Shown here: positions 39,516 to 49,053 of the stretch, piece after piece
Layout of the letters: the number at the start of each line of letters is the position of its first letter
Numbering within the stretch: the stretch's first letter is position 1
From: Polyangiaceae bacterium
GTDB taxonomy: Bacteria > Myxococcota_A > Polyangia > Polyangiales > Polyangiaceae
Length of the DNA stretch: 64,000 nt
NCBI GenBank assembly: GCA_050287085.1
Contig: JBNKBE010000020.1
Location: 1-64,000 of the forward strand
Reading direction: 5' to 3'
Position numbers and translations under genes: made by a program
The notes under the pieces: model-generated
Databases searched by the model: none
What the model was told of the DNA's origin: nothing
The model's input: the letters and a program-made list of their open reading frames with translations, nothing else

Positions 39516-41615
39516 TCAGCCCATATCCAGTTTGGAGTCACGGCCCATGCCGCGAACCCACAAGTCAAAGAGCAATCGCGTGACGACGATGCCCGTGAAG
39601 ATGCTGGTTGTTACGCCCACCATCAGCGCAACGGCAAACCCCTTGATCGGGCCGGTGCCGAATTGAGCCAGCACCACGGCTGAAATCAGCGTGGTCAACT
39701 GCCCATCCACAATGGCGCTCAGCGCCTTGCTATAGCCGAGCTCGACAGCGGCTCGCGGGCTGCGACCGTCGCGCAGTTCCTCGCGAATGCGCTCATTGAT
39801 AAGCACGTTGGCATCCACGCTCATGCCGACGACCAGCGCTAGCCCCGCAATGCCGGGCAAGGTCATCGCGGCTCCAAGCGTGGCCAAGATAGCCAACTGG
39901 AGCATCAGGTTTGTCGTCACCGCAATGATGGCGATCGTTCCTGCTCGTCGATAGTAGAGCAGCATGAACGCGAAGACCGAAAGGCCGCCGACGATGGCGC
40001 CTCGCAACCCCATGTCGATCGACGCCTCCCCCAAGGAAGCGCCGATCCGCTGCTCGTTTGACGGGGTGATGGGCGCAGGCAGCGCTCCCGAACGCAACAC
40101 CAATTCGAGCTTCCGCGAGTCTTCGAGCTGGCTTTGCGGATCGCTGGCACCCATTGTGATGCTCGCCCGCCCACCGGAGATCCGCGTCTGAATCACAGGG
40201 GCGCTTTCCACGCGGTCGTCCAAGATGATGGCAAAGCGTCGCTTGATACTAGCCGCGGTGATGCGATCGAAGATGCTACCGCCCTGGTCGGTGAACTCCA
40301 GCGCAACATACCACCCGCCCATGGCACTTCGCCCCTGGTCGGGCACCGCCTGGGCGTCCCGAATCAGATCGCCCGTGATCTCAGCCCGGGACCGCAGCAG
40401 GTAGGTGCGCCACCCGATTTCGGTCTCTACCCCACTGTCGTCCGTGCGGTACTCGAGCTGATAACCCAGCTCGCGATCGGGCGGCAGCGAAAGCGTGCTC
40501 GTCCATTCTTTGAAACGAGCGAGGGCTTCGACGCTGGTTTCGCCGTCTCGCTTCTGAATCATCGCGTAGTAGTTGGTGCGCGTCTTGGTGTCGCCCTCTT
40601 CGTCGAGCCCTACCGGCGCGTTCTCACGCAGAAAGTCAACGCCTTCCGGTAGTTGCTGCGTCGAGTCTTTGGCGATTGTGGCGAAGAAGTCAGTGTCGTC
40701 GTCGAGCAGCTTGAACTCGAGCCGTGCTGTCTGACTGATGATCTCGCGAATCTCGTCAAAGCGCTCTTCGGACTCACCCGGTACCTCGACGATGATGTCC
40801 TCGTCCCGAGTGGACACCGCGGCCTCCTTGAGGCCCAACTGATCGACGCGCCGGAGGATGATCTCCTTAGCTTGTCCCACGGCCGTGGCCCGCAGCTCGC
40901 TCTCGGCCTCCTCCTTCATACGAAACGTATAGGTCCGCAGATCCTCTGAGCGAGAGAAACTGAGATCGCCGGAGAACTGATTCAGGAAGCGAGCGTCGAT
41001 CATCTTCGGATCCACACCCTCCCTGAGCTTCAGCGTGATGAGATTGGCTTGCGCTCGTGATGGGGTGAGCTCGACCTTCTCACGTAGCTTCGCCAGGGTG
41101 GCATCGTCCATCGGCTCGTCGCCTTCATGAACGTCAAAGAGCTTTGCGAGTTCCACCCGCATGTCCTCGTAGCGACGGTCGCGCCGATCGCGAATCGCTT
41201 CGCCCACGTCAACCGTGTACACCAATCGAAGACCGCCGCTGAGATCGAGTCCTGCGACCAGTTCGAAATCTACGTTCTTCTGGATGTACTCAGGAAGCGG
41301 AAGCATTCCGCCACTCATGCGAGCTGCCGTAGGCCACAATGCGACCAACGACACGGCGAAGATTCCGAAGACGATACCCGCCCGGACGCGCCAACTGCCG
41401 TCGACCAGCGAGGTCGCGCCGATCAGCCCAGCCACTGCGAGCAGTGCGAGGCAAACGGCGGCCCAGAAAGAATCGTAATAGGCCGCCGTCGCCCCGAATA
41501 CGGCAGCGATGCCGCCGAACCAGAGAGCTAAACGACGGCTTCGATCGGAGTAGCCCCAGAGCAAGAGCAGAACGCCCAAACCGGCGAGGGTGTACGCAAA
41601 GTATTGGTTGACCAC
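39516..41615 (-). CDS. secD: Protein translocase subunit SecD
   Basis: GLDLSGG, RRVDQLG, LRSGALPA, TLPGIAG, VDANVLINERIREE, GPIKGFA, plus extra N-terminal TM helices. Confidence 0.97.
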   Translation of the reverse strand: MVNQYFAYTLAGLGVLLLLWGYSDRSRRLALWFGGIAAVFGATAAYYDSFWAAVCLALLAVAGLIGATSLVDGSWRVRAGIVFGIFAVSLVALWPTAARMSGGMLPLPEYIQKNVDFELVAGLDLSGGLRLVYTVDVGEAIRDRRDRRYEDMRVELAKLFDVHEGDEPMDDATLAKLREKVELTPSRAQANLITLKLREGVDPKMIDARFLNQFSGDLSFSRSEDLRTYTFRMKEEAESELRATAVGQAKEIILRRVDQLGLKEAAVSTRDEDIIVEVPGESEERFDEIREIISQTARLEFKLLDDDTDFFATIAKDSTQQLPEGVDFLRENAPVGLDEEGDTKTRTNYYAMIQKRDGETSVEALARFKEWTSTLSLPPDRELGYQLEYRTDDSGVETEIGWRTYLLRSRAEITGDLIRDAQAVPDQGRSAMGGWYVALEFTDQGGSIFDRITAASIKRRFAIILDDRVESAPVIQTRISGGRASITMGASDPQSQLEDSRKLELVLRSGALPAPITPSNEQRIGASLGEASIDMGLRGAIVGGLSVFAFMLLYYRRAGTIAIIAVTTNLMLQLAILATLGAAMTLPGIAGLALVVGMSVDANVLINERIREELRDGRSPRAAVELGYSKALSAIVDGQLTTLISAVVLAQFGTGPIKGFAVALMVGVTTSIFTGIVVTRLLFDLWVRGMGRDSKLDMG

Positions 41616-41642
41616 GATAGATCCCTGGCTCCCGGCTGGGAG

Positions 41643-42047
41643 CTATTTCTTCTCTTCCGTTTCGGCTTTGACGTCAGCCTTGGCAGTCCCGACCGGATCG
41701 GCGTCTCGGCCGACCAAGCTCGAGCGCAGCACCTGAACTTTCACGCCCGGCGCAAGCTCTAGTTTCACGACGCGGGAGTCGCTCTCCAACAGGCGCCCGA
41801 TGAGGCCGCTCTGAGTCACCACACGGTCACCCTTCTTGAGCGCAGCGATGGCCGCATCTTGCTTTTTTTGCTGGGAACGCGGCAACCAGTACATGAACAC
41901 CAACAAGGGGATGAACATGAGCAGCATGAACGTAGGGGAACCAAGCCCCATCGGCGATTCAGGCGCGGACTCTGCCGGGGGCTGCGCCTCGGAGGCACCG
42001 TGTTCTGCGGGCGGAACCGCTTGCATTGCTATTACAGCTGGACTCAC
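41643..42047 (-). CDS. yajC: Preprotein translocase subunit YajC
   Basis: FMYWLPRSQQKKQ...LKKGDRVVTQSGLIG. The GTG start has GGAGG 6 nt upstream, and the gene precedes secD. Confidence 0.9.
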   Translation of the reverse strand: MSPAVIAMQAVPPAEHGASEAQPPAESAPESPMGLGSPTFMLLMFIPLLVFMYWLPRSQQKKQDAAIAALKKGDRVVTQSGLIGRLLESDSRVVKLELAPGVKVQVLRSSLVGRDADPVGTAKADVKAETEEKK

Positions 42048-42205
42048 TTCATTCCTCCAGGGGGCGGCCTCATACCGGGTTTGTGGGGTGGGCGCAAGCT
42101 GAGCCGCCCGCCCTATGCGGCCAAGCTCGGCACATGCCAATCCCACATGCAACAAACGCATGGCCCGGTTGGCTGTGAAAATCGCCCAGCGGGGCCAGTG
42201 GCGAC

Positions 42206-42234
42206 TTGACAGCCTCCGACACCGATCGTAAGTC
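42206..42234 (+). promoter_or_regulatory. Sigma-70 promoter of tRNA-Val
   Basis: TTGACA, 17-nt spacer, TAAGTC, followed by a GC-rich discriminator. Confidence 0.65.
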
Positions 42235-42257
42235 CCGGCCCCTGTTACGGAAGACTC

Positions 42258-42329
42258 AGGCGCGTAGCTCAGTGGTAGAGCACTACATTGACACTGTAGG
42301 GGTCGGCAGTTCAATCCTGCCCGCGCCTA
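42258..42329 (+). tRNA. tRNA-Val(GAC), CCA not encoded
   Basis: Acceptor AGGCGCG/CGCGCCT, D-arm AGCTCAGTGGTAGAGC, anticodon arm CTACA-TTGACAC-TGTAG, T-loop GTTCAATC. Confidence 0.96.
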
Positions 42330-42809
42330 CTGCCTGGTTGCTCGCGGGGTCCGCCCATAGGGAGACGGTCGACCTGATGGTGAGCGCGGCAGTAGGGCCT
42401 ATTGCTTTGGGAATGGGACGTCAAAGCGTCCGTTCGACAGCGAGAGGCATTGTGGCATTGACGCTGCGGTCGACGTCGCGACGAGTGGCGCTGGATGGCC
42501 ACAAGGTTGCGGCGCGCAAGGCCGGCGCAAGAACGTCTCCGAACCCGCACGCAGCACGCACGGATCCAAAAAGTCGTGTTTGAGTGGCAGACCGACCAAG
42601 GACACGTGCTGGTCTCACTTGCAGCCGACCGCGGGACGGCAGACCCTTCGGGCGCGACGGCCGAGTGGGCGGCGCAGCCTATACACAATTCAGCATGGCC
42701 GAGCGTCAGAGGCTTGGTCGCAGTAACGAGCACTTAGCGCTCGAACATGACCACGGGTCCACGACCCAGGTCATGCAAAGAGAAGCAATCGAGGAGAACA
42801 CCGCAAGTT

Positions 42810-43616
42810 ATGGCAATGGGAAGGCGCCCGCGACGCGAACCGCGTGGACCACAAATTCGGGTCAACCATCGTATCAGAGTTCCAGAGGTGCGGGTCATTG
42901 CTGACGATGGCGAGATGCTCGGCGTTCTCAGTACGCAGGAGGCTCTGCGCAAGGCTCGGGAACGCGGACTGGACTTGGTTGAGGTCAACCCTAAGAGCAA
43001 TCCTCCTGTCTGCAAGATTCTCGACTTCGGCAAGTACAAGTACGACGAGAAGAAACGCGCCAATGAGGCCAAGAAGAAGCAGACGGTCGTCGAGCTGAAA
43101 GAGGTTAAGCTCCGCCCCAAGACCGACGATCACGACCTCAATGTTAAGCTTCGGGCAGCCCGTCGTTTCGTCGAGGCCGGCAACAAGGTCAAGTTTACGG
43201 TGCGCTTCCGGGGGCGTGAAATAACTCATCCGGAACGGGCTCGCATGCAGCTCGATTGGATCCTTGATAACATCATGGATATCGCCAATCTGGAGCAGCG
43301 TCCGCAAATGGAGGGCCGCACGATGAGCGTCATCATCGCCCCCAAGCCGCAGATCATGCAGAAGATTCAGGCAGAAAAGGCCTCTGCGGCGAGCCAAGCG
43401 AAGCGCACGAGGGACGCTGGCGGCGTCCGCGACGCCAACTCGCCGGATGACGATGACGACCAGGACGACGATGACATCCTGGACGACGACGACCGGGACG
43501 ACGACGACGACGACCGGGACGACGACGACGACGACCAGGACGACGACGACGACGACCGGGACGACGACGACCAGGACGACGACGACCAGGACGACGACGG
43601 CAACCGGGACGACTAG
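42810..43616 (+). CDS. infC: Translation initiation factor IF-3 with an acidic C-terminal extension
   Basis: VNHRIRVPEVRVI, LDLVEV, PPVCKILDFGKYKY, KEVKLRPK, GNKVK, FRGREITH. Confidence 0.97.
   Translation: MAMGRRPRREPRGPQIRVNHRIRVPEVRVIADDGEMLGVLSTQEALRKARERGLDLVEVNPKSNPPVCKILDFGKYKYDEKKRANEAKKKQTVVELKEVKLRPKTDDHDLNVKLRAARRFVEAGNKVKFTVRFRGREITHPERARMQLDWILDNIMDIANLEQRPQMEGRTMSVIIAPKPQIMQKIQAEKASAASQAKRTRDAGGVRDANSPDDDDDQDDDDILDDDDRDDDDDDRDDDDDDQDDDDDDRDDDDQDDDDQDDDGNRDD
43446..43613 (+). repeat. (GAC)n-based coding repeat encoding the poly-Asp tail
   Basis: Blocks of 2-6 Asp codons (mostly GAC) separated mainly by CAG/CGG codons. Confidence 0.9.
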
Positions 43617-43638
43617 CCTCTCATCAGGCTTACCTTGG

Positions 43639-43679
43639 CTTCACTCTAGGACACGTGTCGTCGTCTCCCTAGAGTGAAG
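43639..43679. terminator. Inverted repeat between convergent infC and kinase genes
   Basis: Perfect 12-bp arms CTTCACTCTAGG/CCTAGAGTGAAG with a 17-nt spacer and no U-tract. Confidence 0.45.
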
Positions 43680-43770
43680 GCCGGGGGGCTGCTCGCGACC
43701 ACAGCTCAGCTCACACTGGCTAGTATTGCACGCTAGGGGCTCCTAAGGAGCGTCTCGATCGCGGTATGGC

Positions 43771-45249
43771 TCAGAATAGGCCGCTCAGAAACGCCCCCGC
43801 CAACCCCGCGGCCGCGACAGCCACCGCTACCACTGCCAGTACAACTCTTGAGCCGGATTGGGCCCGTGGTGCAGCGGCAACGGCTTGAACCTCCCCCGTC
43901 GGGGAAGCACCGGCCGAGGGAGCGCCAACGGTGGCTGTGGCCTCGATGTTCGAGGAAGCCGCGGCCGAGTCGGGATCGGGGGACGGGCGAGACTCACTCA
44001 CCGTAGCCGCTGACGGAAAGCTGGGCGGGTTTGTCGTAACCACAGCGGGTACCGGTTGATGAGAGGCAGAGGGCTCCTCCAGCGCGGCCAGATTACCGAG
44101 AGAATAGCCCCCCGATGAGCTCTGCGACGGCGCGGAGCCGAAGCGGGCCGACCCCCAATCGGCCCCGCCGCCCAAAGAGTCGAGGGGCTGAGCTGCCAAC
44201 GAGGTCGTCGTCGAGTGGAGCGTCTGAAACTTATTATGCGAGTCCCCGCCCTGGAGAGACGTGAATTCCATCATCGCATCCTCGATCAGGGTGCCGATGA
44301 CCGAAGTCTTGGTTTCCTTCTTCTTCCGAGCGCGCTCTGCCGCGACCTCCGCGACTAGCGCCCCCACATCCCGCGCCGCGACCGGCTTGCCCATCTCAAA
44401 CAACAGATGATTGAGTGCTTTGCCCAACTCTTGGGCGGACTGAAATCGCTGCTCCGGATCCTTTGCCAAGGCCTTGGTCAGAATGCCTTGCAGCTCCTCG
44501 GGAACTTGCGCGTTAAACCGAGTGATTTCTGGAATGTCGGCAGCCTGTACCTGGCGCACGGTCTGCAGATCGGTTTCGCCTAGAAAAAGCCTGCGCCCGG
44601 CGAGCAGCTCCCACAAGATAATACCGACCGCAAACAGATCGGTGCGTAGATCGACCGACTCACCTGACGCGGCCTCCGGCGAAAGATAACCGAACTTGCC
44701 CTTGATGATCCCGGGTTCGCTGTGCTCGAGCTGAGAATTGGCCTTCGCCAAACCAAAGTCGACAACCTTGACCTCGCCGTAGCGAGTGATCAAAATGTTG
44801 GGCGGCGAAATATCTCGATGGACGATACCCAGCAGGCGCCCGCGGTTGTCTCGAGCCTCGTGGGCGTAAGCTAGGCCCTCGCAGATGCGGCAACAAACGT
44901 ACACCGCGACCTCAACCGGGATCTGCTGGCCGCGCTCGTCGAGCGACGCCATCAGCGCCTTTAGGTCGGCGCCGTCGACGTATTCCATCACGATGAAATA
45001 CGTGTTGTCGCCCGCGCCGATGTCGAACACCTGGACACAATTAGAATGGTTCAGGTGCGCTGACAGACGAGCTTCGTCCAGAAACAGACCGATGAACTGC
45101 TTCTTCTCAGACAGGTGTGGCAGGACGCGCTTGATGGCAACGGTCTTCTTGAACCCCTCAAGACCGGCACTCTCGGCACGGTATACCTCTGCCATCCCGC
45201 CGGCCGCGATCCGCTCTAGCACACGGTAGCGCTGTTGTTGCTGGACCAT
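43771..45249 (-). CDS. Hanks-type Ser/Thr protein kinase with a C-terminal TM anchor
   Basis: GGMAEVY, VAIK, HRDISPPN, DFGLAK, YLSPE, DLFAVG. Confidence 0.95.
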   Translation of the reverse strand: MVQQQQRYRVLERIAAGGMAEVYRAESAGLEGFKKTVAIKRVLPHLSEKKQFIGLFLDEARLSAHLNHSNCVQVFDIGAGDNTYFIVMEYVDGADLKALMASLDERGQQIPVEVAVYVCCRICEGLAYAHEARDNRGRLLGIVHRDISPPNILITRYGEVKVVDFGLAKANSQLEHSEPGIIKGKFGYLSPEAASGESVDLRTDLFAVGIILWELLAGRRLFLGETDLQTVRQVQAADIPEITRFNAQVPEELQGILTKALAKDPEQRFQSAQELGKALNHLLFEMGKPVAARDVGALVAEVAAERARKKKETKTSVIGTLIEDAMMEFTSLQGGDSHNKFQTLHSTTTSLAAQPLDSLGGGADWGSARFGSAPSQSSSGGYSLGNLAALEEPSASHQPVPAVVTTNPPSFPSAATVSESRPSPDPDSAAASSNIEATATVGAPSAGASPTGEVQAVAAAPRAQSGSRVVLAVVAVAVAAAGLAGAFLSGLF

Positions 45250-45502
45250 TCGACTCTCTTCACCTACTCAGCGTTTCGCCCGGGCCCTACCCGGCAACAA
45301 GCTGGCTTATGGCTGCTCTGGACCGCTGTCGTCAAGCATGGCCCGGCTTTTGGCATCACTGAACCCCTGACACAGTGCGGCATTGGTACCCTGGTCGGCA
45401 CTGGCCCGGCGTACAGATGTCAACAGGTCCCCTATTTTGAGAGGCCGCACAAAAAGCCTCGCGTTTTGGGGCGACGTTGGCTACACGTCGCCCCCTCACT
45501 CA

Positions 45503-45575
45503 GGGGCCGTAGCTCAGCTGGGAGAGCGCATGACTGGCAGTCATGAGGTCAGGGGTTCGATCCCCCTCGGCTCCA
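45503..45575 (+). tRNA. tRNA-Ala(GGC), CCA not encoded
   Basis: Acceptor GGGGCCG/CGGCTCC with G3-U70, anticodon arm CATGA-CTGGCAG-TCATG, T-loop GTTCGATC. Confidence 0.97.
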
Positions 45576-45580
45576 CAAGC

Positions 45581-45610
45581 AAAGACCAACCCAAATGGGT
45601 TGGTCTTTTT
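45581..45610 (+). terminator. Rho-independent terminator after tRNA-Ala
   Basis: AAAGACCAACCC-AAAT-GGGTTGGTCTTTTT. Confidence 0.85.
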
Positions 45611-45847
45611 GCTTCAACTGGTTTCGTTCGTGTGCGACGGGCTGACGGGCCCTTCACAGCCCTTCACACTCCATGGCGGGCATCGGCGAGAAGGCTAGCC
45701 GTCCGCCCTCGACAATGGAGTCGGCCCCCGCCCTGGCTCTTCACACTCCGTGGTAGGCATCGGCGATGGGGACGAACCCCGCGTGACAAGAGCCAGAGCC
45801 CAGTTTTCCTTTGTCTGCATTGCGAGGACTTTTCTAGACTTCGCGAC

Positions 45848-46939
45848 GTGATAGGAGGTTCAGATCCCGCGTTGGCGCCCGTAGTCGTCCTGGGGCACCA
45901 CGAACCTGACTACCCAAGGAATCAGGCGCTTCAGCGAGCGCTGACGGCTGCCGGCAGGCGGTTAATCGTATGTCACTCCAGGGCTACGTTCCCCTGGTGC
46001 CACCTGGTCTTGGCCACCAAACTGCTAAGGGCACCTCGGTCCGCCAAAGTGGTCCTGGTGACAGAAGGAGGACATCGCCTGGTCCCTTGGGTGAAACTGC
46101 TGTCTTGCTTAACAGGCCGCAGAGTACTATTTGACCCGTTCACCTCACGCTACAATACGCGCGTAGAGGACAGACAGTGGTTTGCCCCGGGCACTCTTCA
46201 AGCCCGAATTGCACACTTTCAAGACTGGTCCTCGACTCGCGCGGCCGATGCCCTGCTATTTGACACCGAAGAGCATAGGGAGTACTTCTTCTCCCGTTAC
46301 GGCCTTCGCTGCTCGAGCGCGATCGTTCCGGTAGGCGTTCCAGAAGACCTCTTCGTGCCAAGTAGCGTCAGTCGCGCGACTTCGAGAGACACCGAAGTGC
46401 TGTTCTACGGAACGTACATTCCCTTGCAGGGCATCGAGACTATCGTCGATGCGGCGGCGCTCGTTCGAGAAGAATCGTTTCGCTTCTCAATCCTAGGTGT
46501 GGGCCAGACCTTTGAAGGCATCAAGCAGCGAGTATCGACGCTGAACTTGGATCCGTCTCGCGTACAGCTGCTTCCCCCGGTACCGTTTTCAACGCTGCCG
46601 CAACGCTTGGAAGCCGCGGATATCGTGCTTGGCATCTTTGGAACGGGGACCAAAGCGTCCCGCGTCGTCCCCAACAAGGTCGTTCAGGCTGCAGCGCTCG
46701 GACGACCGATCATCACGGCTGACACGCCAGCTATTCGTCGATACTTTGCGCACTGCGAAAGCGCCTACCTGGTGCCGCCGGGTGTCCCCCATGAGCTCGC
46801 CCGGGCCCTTAGAGAACTGGCGCGAGACGAATCCTTGCGAGCGCGTATTGGGCTCGGTGCGCGCGCGGCTTTCGTCAAGCACTTCAGCCAATCCGTCGCG
46901 ACGCATACGCTAGCCGGGGTGCTTCAGCAGTTGGAGTGA
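45848..46939 (+). CDS. Glycosyltransferase family 4-like (GT-B)
   Basis: YPRN, VLFYGTYIPLQGIETI, GIFG, VVPNKV, ITADTPA. Start is GTG 45848 or TTG 45872; the upstream ORF extension overlaps the tRNA. Confidence 0.85.
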   Translation: MIGGSDPALAPVVVLGHHEPDYPRNQALQRALTAAGRRLIVCHSRATFPWCHLVLATKLLRAPRSAKVVLVTEGGHRLVPWVKLLSCLTGRRVLFDPFTSRYNTRVEDRQWFAPGTLQARIAHFQDWSSTRAADALLFDTEEHREYFFSRYGLRCSSAIVPVGVPEDLFVPSSVSRATSRDTEVLFYGTYIPLQGIETIVDAAALVREESFRFSILGVGQTFEGIKQRVSTLNLDPSRVQLLPPVPFSTLPQRLEAADIVLGIFGTGTKASRVVPNKVVQAAALGRPIITADTPAIRRYFAHCESAYLVPPGVPHELARALRELARDESLRARIGLGARAAFVKHFSQSVATHTLAGVLQQLE

Positions 46940-47100
46940 GAGGGGGCCCCCTCACCAGTAAGCGAGAGTGCCACCGCGTGAGGCGTCGACTCGATTTGGA
47001 GCTGAGCAGGTGAGACAGAGAGCCCTCGGCGCTGCCTCAAATGTCGATCTGAACCACGTCTTCGAGTGACAGGTGTTTAGCCAGTGCTACCCTGTCGCCA

Positions 47101-47586
47101 ATGGCTGACCAGAAAGCTCCAGTCGCGCTCCGGGCCCTAGAGGCCCCGCCGCGTTCCAAAAACTCCGCCTACCCCGCGCAGTTTGCTGCTGTGGTAAAAG
47201 GTCGGGAGAAGAGAGCCTTGGGTGATATCTTTGCGCTCTCCAACTTCGGGGTCAATCTCACGCGCCTAGCTCCTGGAGCGGCCTCGGCGCTTCGTCATGC
47301 CCACGAAAAGCAGGATGAGTTCGTCTACATCCTGGAGGGGACACCTACCTTGTATACAAATGCGGGGGCAACGTCTCTCGAACCCGGAATGTGCGCTGGT
47401 TTCCGGCACGGTTCGAAGGATGCGCATCGTCTCGTCAACGAATCCGAATGCGACGTACTTTATCTCGAAATCGGGGATCGGACCCCGAATGATAGCGCCT
47501 GCTACCCAGACGATGACATCGCGGTGCGACAGGTCGATGGGAAGTGGGTCTTCTCACGGAAAGACGGTGCCCCCTTTCCGTCGTGA
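47101..47586 (+). CDS. Cupin domain protein
   Basis: FGVNLTRLAPG, RHAHEKQDEFVYILEG, AHRLVN, YPDDD. Confidence 0.9.
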   Translation: MADQKAPVALRALEAPPRSKNSAYPAQFAAVVKGREKRALGDIFALSNFGVNLTRLAPGAASALRHAHEKQDEFVYILEGTPTLYTNAGATSLEPGMCAGFRHGSKDAHRLVNESECDVLYLEIGDRTPNDSACYPDDDIAVRQVDGKWVFSRKDGAPFPS

Positions 47587-47618
47587 CAGGGGCGCCCTGA
47601 ATACGAAGAACACGCCGC

Positions 47619-49013
47619 ATGACCCGGTCAGCGACCTATCTGGCGATCACCGCGCTTTCCGCATTCACAATACACTGCTCTTCCGGCGGTTCCGGAACGG
47701 CTCGCAACCCACGAGCCAAGCCCGAAGCGACCCCAGCAGCGGAAGCCACCCCAGCCGCGGCGCCGACCCCCAACAGCTGCGTCGACGCCGCATGTGCTTT
47801 CCCCGGTGCGGAAGGCTTCGGCACCGGTACACCGGGTGGGCGAGGTGGCCCCGTACTTGTCGTAACAACGCTAGCGTCAAGTGGCCCCGGCTCTCTGCGC
47901 GAGGCTCTATACACGAGCGGTCCACGGATCGTCGTATTTGCTGTCTCGGGGGTCATCGACCTGGATGGCGAGGACCTGGAACTCACGGAAGAACACTCCA
48001 ATCTAACCGTGCTCGGTCAGACCTCCCCTGGTGGGATCACCATCACGGGTTCAGCTACATTGCTGAGCTCCTACCACACAGGTCTGCACGACGTGGTCCT
48101 ACGGCATCTGCGGTTCCGAGGCCCATCAGGAGATACCATCAGCTTCGCCTACGTGCAGAACGTCGTCATCGATCATTGCGACTTCTCGGCGGGCACTGAC
48201 GAAACTCTCGATATCACCTCCTCGGAGAACGTCACCGTTCAGTGGAGCACGGTGACCAACAGTGTGGCTGGCGATGGCTCGCAGAACTACGGCTTTCTGC
48301 TCGCCTATCGCCCCACGACGAATATCACGTTGCATCACAACTTCCACGCGCACCATGGAGGACGTTGCCTTGCGAATGTGCACTGGGAGGGTGATGGGGA
48401 GCTGTCGGGACCCGCGCATATCGATGTTCGAAACAACGTGATCTACAACTGCGCCTTTGACGTCGCACTCTACATGAATGACGCCCCCGCATCCGGAATG
48501 GGGTGGAATTGGGTAGGCAACTATGGAAAGCCGGGCCCGAACTCACCATCATCGCTGGGGTTCGCGAACATCGCCACGGATCTCTACTCAGACGACAACG
48601 TCTACGAGGGCAGCGACCCCGCCGACGTCCCTTTCTTCCACTACGGCGCTTGGGATCCGGTGGGCGAGGCGTTCGACTTTCCCCCGGTGACCACCACGAG
48701 CGCGCCCCAAGCATTTGCCGACGTACTCGCCTACGTCGGCGCCTGGCCCCGCGACGCCATGAATGCCCGTACAGTTCTGGAGGCCCGTGACGGCACTGGA
48801 ACCCTGGGTCGCATTGATGATCCACTGTTCACTGGACCTGGCCCTATGCCACCGGCCGATGCCGACGCTGACGGTCTGCCCGACGGTTGGGAAGAAGCCG
48901 AAGGGCTCGATCCGATGGACAAGAACGACGCACAACAGCTCGATTCCGTCAGTGGCTACGCCCACATCGAGCGCTACGCAAACGAACTCGCGCAATCGCT
49001 CATCGGACTTTGA
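47619..49013 (+). CDS. Pectate-lyase-like (PL1-type) beta-helix lipoprotein
   Basis: AFPGAEGFG, GGRGG, SGPGSLREA, GQTSPGGI, VIDHC, HHN and C-terminal DADADGLPDGWE. Confidence 0.85.
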   Translation: MTRSATYLAITALSAFTIHCSSGGSGTARNPRAKPEATPAAEATPAAAPTPNSCVDAACAFPGAEGFGTGTPGGRGGPVLVVTTLASSGPGSLREALYTSGPRIVVFAVSGVIDLDGEDLELTEEHSNLTVLGQTSPGGITITGSATLLSSYHTGLHDVVLRHLRFRGPSGDTISFAYVQNVVIDHCDFSAGTDETLDITSSENVTVQWSTVTNSVAGDGSQNYGFLLAYRPTTNITLHHNFHAHHGGRCLANVHWEGDGELSGPAHIDVRNNVIYNCAFDVALYMNDAPASGMGWNWVGNYGKPGPNSPSSLGFANIATDLYSDDNVYEGSDPADVPFFHYGAWDPVGEAFDFPPVTTTSAPQAFADVLAYVGAWPRDAMNARTVLEARDGTGTLGRIDDPLFTGPGPMPPADADADGLPDGWEEAEGLDPMDKNDAQQLDSVSGYAHIERYANELAQSLIGL

Positions 49014-49053
49014 GGCCCCACTTTCATCGGCTCTTGCTGAAGACAGGAAAAGC

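Noticed and set aside
45383..45847. N-terminal extension of the glycosyltransferase ORF (likewise the yajC ORF extension to 42314)
   Set aside because: These extensions overlap tRNA genes and a terminator, so the real starts are downstream.
46940..46953. Perfect 14-bp palindrome GAGGGGGCCCCCTC after the glycosyltransferase stop (and the 10-bp inverted repeat at 45468-45494)
   Set aside because: Single low-complexity GC palindromes with no U-tract and no second copy.
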